In this document: positions 58,277 to 64,000 of the stretch, piece after piece
How positions within the stretch are numbered: position 1 is the stretch's first letter
Layout: the number at the start of each line of letters is the position of its first letter
Origin: Nitrospirota bacterium
GTDB taxonomy: Bacteria > Nitrospirota > UBA9217
Reading direction: 5' to 3'
NCBI GenBank assembly: GCA_963818475.1
Contig: CAWFSF010000001.1
Location: forward strand, 160,001-224,000
DNA: 64,000 nucleotides
Program-made: the position numbers and the translations under genes
The notes under the pieces: model-generated
Told to the model about the DNA's origin: nothing
Seen by the model: only the letters and a program-made list of their open reading frames with translations
The model's database searches: none

Positions 58277-59464
58277 ATGTCCACGGGCAAAAAAACGGTA
58301 TTAACCGGTCTTGACCAGCTGCAAAAGCTCTGGCCAAAGGACCTGCGGGGCGCGCGCATCGGCCTCGTGGTCCATCCCGCGTCCGTCAACCGAAAATTAG
58401 AACACGCCGTCGACCTCTGTTTGCGCTCGAAAAAGTTCAGACTCACCACGCTCTTCGGACCGCAGCACGGCATCCTGGGCCAGACCCAGGACAACATGGT
58501 CGAGTGGGAAGGCTTCCGCGATCCGGCAACAGGCCTGCGCGTTTACAGCCTCTATGGCGCAACGCGGAAACCTTCGACCGAGATGCTTGCTGACGTCGAT
58601 GTGCTCGTCGTCGATCTGCAGGACGTGGGCAGCCGCTACTACACCTTCATCTGGACCCTGGAGCTCTGCATGCAGGCCTGCCACGAAGCGGGAAAGACCC
58701 TGGTCGTGCTCGACCGGCCGAATCCCCTGGGCGGCAGCCTCGTTGAAGGGCCCCTGGTCGAAGAATCCTATGAATCCTTTGTCGGATTGCGGCCGCTGCC
58801 GGTGCGCCACGGCATGACCATCGGCGAGATCGGACTGTATCTCTGCGCAGCATACCACCACGGCCTCGACTACCGCGCCGTGGCCGTGCAGGGCTGGAAG
58901 CGCGGCATGTGGTTCGACCAGACCGGCCTTCCCTGGGCCATGCCGTCCCCCAATATGCCGACGATCGACACGGCGCTCGTCTATCCCGGCATGTGCCTGC
59001 TCGAAGGCACGAACCTCTCCGAAGGCAGGGGCACGACCCGGCCCTTCGAGATCTTCGGCGCGCCCTTTATCCATGCCGAGACCATCGTGCAGTTGCTGAA
59101 GGAGTATAAACTGCCCGGCGTGGTGTTCCGGCCGCTTTCGTTCCTGCCCACCTTCCAGAAACATGCGAACACGCTCTGCCACGGCGCCCAGATCCATGTC
59201 ACGGACCGCTTGAAGTTCAAGCCCTTCAAGACCGGCGTGGCCATCCTGAAGGCGATCCACAACACCTACCCGCGGGAATTCGCCTGGAAACAGCCGCCCT
59301 ATGAGTATGAGGAGATCAACCTCCCGATCGACATCCTGGCCGGGTCCAAACGGCTGCGCATGGATATCGAGTCGTGGAAGGACCTTGACGCCATGGAGAA
59401 GTGGTGGAAGGAAGAGGCGAAGTCGTTTGAGAAAGTGCGGAAACAGTTTTTGATCTATAAATGA
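58277..59464 (+). CDS. namZ: Exo-beta-N-acetylmuramidase NamZ family (DUF1343)
   Basis: LFGPQHG, VYSLYGATRKP, DLQDVGSRYYTF, LDRPNPLGG, RHGMTIGE, SEGRGTTRPFE. Confidence 0.88.
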   Translation: MSTGKKTVLTGLDQLQKLWPKDLRGARIGLVVHPASVNRKLEHAVDLCLRSKKFRLTTLFGPQHGILGQTQDNMVEWEGFRDPATGLRVYSLYGATRKPSTEMLADVDVLVVDLQDVGSRYYTFIWTLELCMQACHEAGKTLVVLDRPNPLGGSLVEGPLVEESYESFVGLRPLPVRHGMTIGEIGLYLCAAYHHGLDYRAVAVQGWKRGMWFDQTGLPWAMPSPNMPTIDTALVYPGMCLLEGTNLSEGRGTTRPFEIFGAPFIHAETIVQLLKEYKLPGVVFRPLSFLPTFQKHANTLCHGAQIHVTDRLKFKPFKTGVAILKAIHNTYPREFAWKQPPYEYEEINLPIDILAGSKRLRMDIESWKDLDAMEKWWKEEAKSFEKVRKQFLIYK

Positions 59465-59486
59465 AGTTCCAATAGTTAACGAATTT

Positions 59487-59697
59487 AACCGCCGAGACGC
59501 GGAGACGCTGAGAGAGATCAACGACAACAGCCTTGCACACGGAAGAGGCAGAAAATTCGGATTACCAGAAGTAGGCGCTTCCAAGCGACGCGGATAAATC
59601 CTCAGTTTGGTTTTAAACTCAGGTTTGGGCTTCTGACCTATCCGCCGTTTCCGCCGGCACCGCGTCCAAAGCTGTTGACTTCCCCGCGTCCGCGGTA
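59487..59697. repeat. Nonamer-type arms flanking the namZ-murU spacer
   Basis: AACCGCCGAGACGCGGAGACGCTGAGAG ... CTCCCCGCGTCCGCGGT. Confidence 0.45.
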
Positions 59698-59704
59698 AAA
59701 AACT

Positions 59705-61669
59705 ATGAATCAATACCCCATCACCCTTTTCCTCCCTGCTGCCGGGCTCGGCGAGCGCCTCAGGCCGGTCACGAACCATCTGCCCAAACCGCTCATGCCG
59801 GTGCTCGGAAAGCCGCTGATCGAGATCATCCTTGAGCGGCTGACCGCTGTCTGCTCCGGCGCGATCGGCATCAATCTCCATTACAAGCCGGAGCTGCTGC
59901 GCGGCTGGGCGGAACGTTCTCCCTACGCCGGCCGGATCCGATTCTTTCCCGAAGACCCCATCCTCGGCACCGGCGGAGCGCTCAAGAACGCTTCCCCGCT
60001 GCTTGCGCAAGGCCCCTTTCTGGTCCACAACTCGGACATCCTGCTGGATATCGATTTCACCCGTTTGATCGAGACCCATCTGAAGAACGGGAACATCGCC
60101 ACGCTCGTGACGCACAGGCATCCGACGCTGAGCAACGTGGTGGTTGATGAGAACAACCATGTTATTGACGTGGAGAACCCCGGCGCTTCCCGTCCGGACC
60201 CTGACCGGATCGCCTCAAAGGTCGCCTACACCGGCATCGCCCTGTACTCGCCCGCCATCCTCGGTTTCCTTCCCGAAGGCGTGTCGCACGCCACGGTCGC
60301 CTGGATCGATGCGGCAAAGGCCGGCCACAAGGTCGAGGCCCTTGACTTCACCGGCTCTTACTGGAACGACATCGGCACGCCCGCATCCTATGCCGCCGCC
60401 GTGCTTGATACGCTGCGGGAAAACGGCGAGACCGTTTTTTGCTCACCCAACGCGCAGTGCGGGAAGGCCGAGATCGATGGATATGTGGTCATCGAATCAG
60501 GCAGCACGATCCATGACAACGCCCGGCTCAGGAACTGTATCGTGCTTCCCAACGCGCAGGTGACCGGAAGCCAGGCAAACAGCATTATCGGGCCCGACTA
60601 TGCCATCAGCCTCACCGAGACCGAGATGCAGCCTTCGGCCCACGCGTCAGAGCAGAAAAAGGTCGCGCTCTCAGCCCCTCTTTTCACCCACTATTTCGGC
60701 GTAACCGGTGATTTAGCGTCCGGGGATGCCATCGAAGCCGACGCCCTTCTGATCGGCCTCGGCGGCTCCGACCGCCGCTACTTCCGCGTTCGCAACGTCA
60801 ACAGGACCGCGGTGCTCATGGAGTGCAGGCCCGATGATGCCGACTTCGAGCGCCATCTGGTCTACACCCGCTTCTTTTCAGCCCACCTGGTTCCGGTGCC
60901 CGACCTTCTGGCCGTGGATGATACGCACAAGAGCGCGCTGTTCGAGGACCTGGGCGATACAAGCCTGTTCTCCTATATGAAGCTGCCGCACAACAGCGGG
61001 CATATCGAGGACGTATACGAGCGAGTGCTCGACATTCTGGTCGCACTGCATGGCAGTGTAACTGAGCATGTCCATGAATGTCCCTTGCTCCAGGCGCGGA
61101 TCTTTGACTTTGATTATCTCCTTTGGGAAACAGGCTATTTTCTTCAACAGTTCGTTGTGGGCCTGAAGAACATACCGCCTGGCGATCGGCAGTCGCTTGA
61201 GCAGGAGTTCCACCGGCTCGCGCGGAGAACGGATGCCTATCCCAAAAGCGTTATTCACCGCGATTTCCAGTGCCAGAACATCATGGTCGCCCGGCACGAC
61301 GTCCCGCGCGTCATCGATTTTCAGGGGGCACGGATGGCCCCGCCAGCCTATGATGTCGCTTCCATCCTCTGGGACCCCTATCACCGGCTGAACGACAGCA
61401 TGCGTGAGCGCTTGATAGATTATTATGTGGAAGAGATGAAGCAGAAATCGGCGGGATTCAATGAAGCGTTGTTCAGGGAAAGCCTTCTCCCCTGCCGCCT
61501 TCAGCGCCACATGCAGGCGCTCGGGGCCTACGGATTCCTGTCGAGGGTGAAGGGAAAAAAGTATTTTCTAAAGCACATTCCGGAAGCGCTCAGACTGCTG
61601 AAGGAAGAATCATCAGCTGCGAAAAAAGATTACCCGGAGCTGTACAAGCTGGTGCAGGGACTGGGATGA
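59705..61669 (+). CDS. Fusion of MurU-like nucleotidyltransferase and AmgK-like (APH-fold) sugar kinase
   Basis: AAGLGERLRPVTNHLPKPL, LGTGGAL; C-terminal GGSDRRYFR, HRDFQCQNIM, IDFQGA, YDVASIL. Confidence 0.85.
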   Translation: MNQYPITLFLPAAGLGERLRPVTNHLPKPLMPVLGKPLIEIILERLTAVCSGAIGINLHYKPELLRGWAERSPYAGRIRFFPEDPILGTGGALKNASPLLAQGPFLVHNSDILLDIDFTRLIETHLKNGNIATLVTHRHPTLSNVVVDENNHVIDVENPGASRPDPDRIASKVAYTGIALYSPAILGFLPEGVSHATVAWIDAAKAGHKVEALDFTGSYWNDIGTPASYAAAVLDTLRENGETVFCSPNAQCGKAEIDGYVVIESGSTIHDNARLRNCIVLPNAQVTGSQANSIIGPDYAISLTETEMQPSAHASEQKKVALSAPLFTHYFGVTGDLASGDAIEADALLIGLGGSDRRYFRVRNVNRTAVLMECRPDDADFERHLVYTRFFSAHLVPVPDLLAVDDTHKSALFEDLGDTSLFSYMKLPHNSGHIEDVYERVLDILVALHGSVTEHVHECPLLQARIFDFDYLLWETGYFLQQFVVGLKNIPPGDRQSLEQEFHRLARRTDAYPKSVIHRDFQCQNIMVARHDVPRVIDFQGARMAPPAYDVASILWDPYHRLNDSMRERLIDYYVEEMKQKSAGFNEALFRESLLPCRLQRHMQALGAYGFLSRVKGKKYFLKHIPEALRLLKEESSAAKKDYPELYKLVQGLG

Positions 61670-61689
61670 CCTTTTACAAAAGTTCGAAC

Positions 61690-61740
61690 ACCCCCTCACC
61701 TTTATCCTCTCCCCCGAGGGGAGAGGGTAGGGTGAGGGGT
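61690..61740. repeat. REP-like palindrome (CCCTCACC...CCTCTCCCC/GGGGAGAGG...GGTGAGGG) between convergent genes
   Basis: Near-perfect long hairpin; may also act as a terminator. Confidence 0.75.
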
Positions 61741-61780
61741 TTTCATTCGTTGTTATCAGACTATCGCTGACTGTGAACCA

Positions 61781-62437
61781 CTACTTCCCGTCCTTCGCTC
61801 CCATCAGCTTCCTGAGTTCCTCGAGCGGCACAAATCCGTCAAAGCGCTTGCCGTTCAGATAGAACGTCGGCGTACCGGTGATCTTTTTCTTCACCCCGTC
61901 CTCATGCTGCGCTGCAACCGCACTGCTGTGCTTTCCGGAGTTCAGGCACACCGAGAAGGCCATCCAGTCAAGCTTCAGGTCCTGTGCAACTTTCAGGAAC
62001 GTGCCCTCGTTCATCGGAGCTTTGAGCTCGAACAAGGCATCGCTGTATTCCCAGAACTTTTCCTGATCTCCTGCGCACTCGGAAGCCTCGGCTGCTTTTG
62101 CCGCGAACGGATGGGTGGGGATCGGGAAATGGCGGAACACCCATCGACTGTCTGTTTCCTTTATAACACTCCTCATTGCCTCATGCATCTTCGTGCAATA
62201 AGGGCATTGGAAATCCGCATATTCGATGACCGTGAACTTTGCTTCAGGATTGCCGCGCACATGGTCGGTCGGAAGGACCTTGGGTGCAGGCAGGAGCAGG
62301 GCCTGTATCGCATTGAACTTGTCCGGATACCTGAGCTTCGTAATCAGGACGATATTTGTAAGAATGCTGATAAACAGCAGAATAATGAGGAATGTTTTTG
62401 AAAATATTACACGATGAGCTGTCTCTGGCGTTTTCAT
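61781..62437 (-). CDS. DsbA-family thiol-disulfide oxidoreductase, membrane anchored
   Basis: DHVRGNPEAKFTVIEYADFQCPYC, FRHFP, ITGTPTFYLNG; GGAGGG SD. Confidence 0.92.
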   Translation of the reverse strand: MKTPETAHRVIFSKTFLIILLFISILTNIVLITKLRYPDKFNAIQALLLPAPKVLPTDHVRGNPEAKFTVIEYADFQCPYCTKMHEAMRSVIKETDSRWVFRHFPIPTHPFAAKAAEASECAGDQEKFWEYSDALFELKAPMNEGTFLKVAQDLKLDWMAFSVCLNSGKHSSAVAAQHEDGVKKKITGTPTFYLNGKRFDGFVPLEELRKLMGAKDGK

Positions 62438-62524
62438 CGATCCCTCCACAAAAAACAAACTCGCCGGACAGTATTACTGTCCGGCGTTCACTGAAATTCA
62501 ATGGTAGTAAAGTACTAGAGAGTA

Positions 62525-62824
62525 TTACTCAACGTAGCATACCTCATAAGAGCCACCACCACCCTGACTTTGACAAACAGTGGTATTAGGAATTGACGAA
62601 TAACACGCATTAGTACCTACACAATGATAAGGCGATCCAGATGGACAACAGGTTGTATCATTTGAGCAATAATACGGGTAAGCAGAGTCGGTGCAGTTTT
62701 TATATATGCCGGCGAAAGGGTCTGCCTCCGAGCCGCATGCCGCGACTAAAAGCCCTAGTACCGACAGTACCATAAAAATCTGAACCCCAATTCTAAATCC
62801 TGACTTTTTTGCTAAATTCGACAT
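62525..62824 (-). CDS. Small cysteine-rich lipoprotein
   Basis: Strong SD; lipobox LVAA|C; 8 further Cys; visibly AT-richer than neighbours. Confidence 0.72.
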   Translation of the reverse strand: MSNLAKKSGFRIGVQIFMVLSVLGLLVAACGSEADPFAGIYKNCTDSAYPYYCSNDTTCCPSGSPYHCVGTNACYSSIPNTTVCQSQGGGGSYEVCYVE

Positions 62825-62870
62825 AATTAAATCCTCCCTCCAAGACATCATCCTTTTTTATTACGGTATA

Positions 62871-62899
62871 TATATAACCGTTCGAGCGCAGGCTGTCAA
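62871..62899 (-). promoter_or_regulatory. Sigma70 promoter of lipoprotein-dsbA
   Basis: TTGACA-N17-TATATA. Confidence 0.55.
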
Positions 62900-62993
62900 C
62901 AATTTTTTCAGTGAATGCGCAAATAAAAAAGGTGTTCTATGCGGGAAGGTTTCGCAAACATTAAAACTTCATGTTTTCAACAAGATGAAATTC

Positions 62994-63527
62994 CTATTCT
63001 CCCTCAAACTCCGTCAGACAGAATATTTTATACCCCTTATCCAGCAGTTTTTTCCTGCCGCCCACCTCGGGCAGGTCGACAATGAACGCCATTTCAACCA
63101 CCACACCGCCGATCTTCTCGATAAGCGCGGCTGCTGCCAGCGCCGTGCCTCCCGTGGCGAGCAGGTCATCCACGAGGATCACCCGTTCGCCTTTTTTGAG
63201 CGCGTCTTTGTGGATCTCGATGCGGTCCGTGCCGTACTCAAGCGCGTATTCCTGTGACTCGACCTCGGCGGGAAGCTTGCCCTTCTTGCGGATGGGGATA
63301 AACCCCTTTCCGAGAGCGTAGGACAGCGCGGCGCCGATGATAAAGCCGCGCGACTCGATGCCGACGATCGTATCGAACTGATAGCTCGAATGGATATAGC
63401 GCTGGGTCAGGCTGTCGACGACGAGCCTGAACCCCACGGGGTCCTTGATGAGCGTCGTGATGTCGCGGAACATGATCCCCTTCTTGGGGTAATCCGGTAC
63501 GGTCCTGATCTTTGACTTGATGGGCAT
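62994..63527 (-). CDS. apt: Adenine phosphoribosyltransferase
   Basis: IRTVPDYPKKGIMFRDITT, GIESRGF, YALEYG, LVDDLLATGGT. Confidence 0.97.
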   Translation of the reverse strand: MPIKSKIRTVPDYPKKGIMFRDITTLIKDPVGFRLVVDSLTQRYIHSSYQFDTIVGIESRGFIIGAALSYALGKGFIPIRKKGKLPAEVESQEYALEYGTDRIEIHKDALKKGERVILVDDLLATGGTALAAAALIEKIGGVVVEMAFIVDLPEVGGRKKLLDKGYKIFCLTEFEGE

Positions 63528-63584
63528 GGTTCTCTCCTTGGACAATGATGTATTGTAAACGGGAACTACCGAAAGTAATTGCTG

Positions 63585-63677
63585 AACCACGAAGGTCACG
63601 AAGACCGCGAAGAAATTCTCGAAAATAAGTATGCTTCACTATTAAGGCTTACTTCGTGCTTCGTGTTCTTCGTGGTA
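63585..63677. repeat. Nonamer-periodic inverted repeat
   Basis: AACCACGAAGGTCACGAAGACCGCGAAG ... CTTCGTGCTTCGTGTTCTTCGTGGT. Confidence 0.75.
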
Positions 63678-63708
63678 GATTGCCTTTGTAGTGGAGTTGG
63701 ACCTATTT

Positions 63709-64000
63709 TCAGCAGGCATCATCCTCGACACCGCCTTCTCTGTACTGCTCCACACCGATCCGGTAGAGGTCCGCGCCATGCACGTCATTCACCACGATGG
63801 CCGGGAAATCCACTACCTCGAGCCGCATCACCGCCTCGGTCCCGAGCTCGGGGTAGGCGATCACCTCTGCCTTGCGTATCGCCTTCGAGATAAGCGCGCC
63901 TGCGCCGCCGATTGCCGCAAAATAGACAGCATGGTGTTTTACGATCGCGTCCTTCACTGCCTGTCCGCGCGGCCCCTTGCCGATCATGCCCTTGAGCCCC
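63709..64000 (-). CDS. Fe-S fumarate/tartrate hydratase beta subunit (5' part outside window)
   Basis: GLKGMIGKG.R, AVYFAAIGGAGAL, AYPELGTEAV.RLEV.DFP.IV.ND.HG.DLY. Confidence 0.92.
   Translation of the reverse strand, partial: GLKGMIGKGPRGQAVKDAIVKHHAVYFAAIGGAGALISKAIRKAEVIAYPELGTEAVMRLEVVDFPAIVVNDVHGADLYRIGVEQYREGGVEDDAC

Overview
Bacterial chromosomal window, roughly 55-60% GC by eye. Protein style suggests Nitrospirota or a deltaproteobacteria-like lineage (impression, not a phylogeny). Bases 1-32.9 kb are one minus-strand translation/transcription supercluster: tRNA-Thr/Tyr/Gly/Thr, tuf, rpmG, tRNA-Trp, secE, nusG, rplKAJL, rpoBC, rpsLG, fusA, tuf, S10-spc-alpha genes, partial rpoA. The rest holds rlmB, cysS, a stand-alone LigD phosphoesterase, clpS, small accessory genes, radA, an outer-membrane beta-barrel, a gspC-N type II secretion operon, namZ plus a MurU-AmgK fusion, dsbA with a Cys-rich lipoprotein, apt and a partial fumarase beta subunit. 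Many genes carry single-base insertions typical of an unpolished long-read assembly. The top finding is that two adjacent cytochrome ORFs (38936-40864, minus) are one reading frame split only by an in-frame TGA. That TGA is followed by a SECIS-like hairpin with a GGUC loop, pointing to a ~642-aa membrane-anchored selenocysteine-containing multiheme cytochrome c (8 CxxCH plus 2 atypical motifs). Also notable: heptamer repeats that build the cleavable leader peptides of three pseudopilins, several periodic intergenic palindromes, and apparently leaderless genes.
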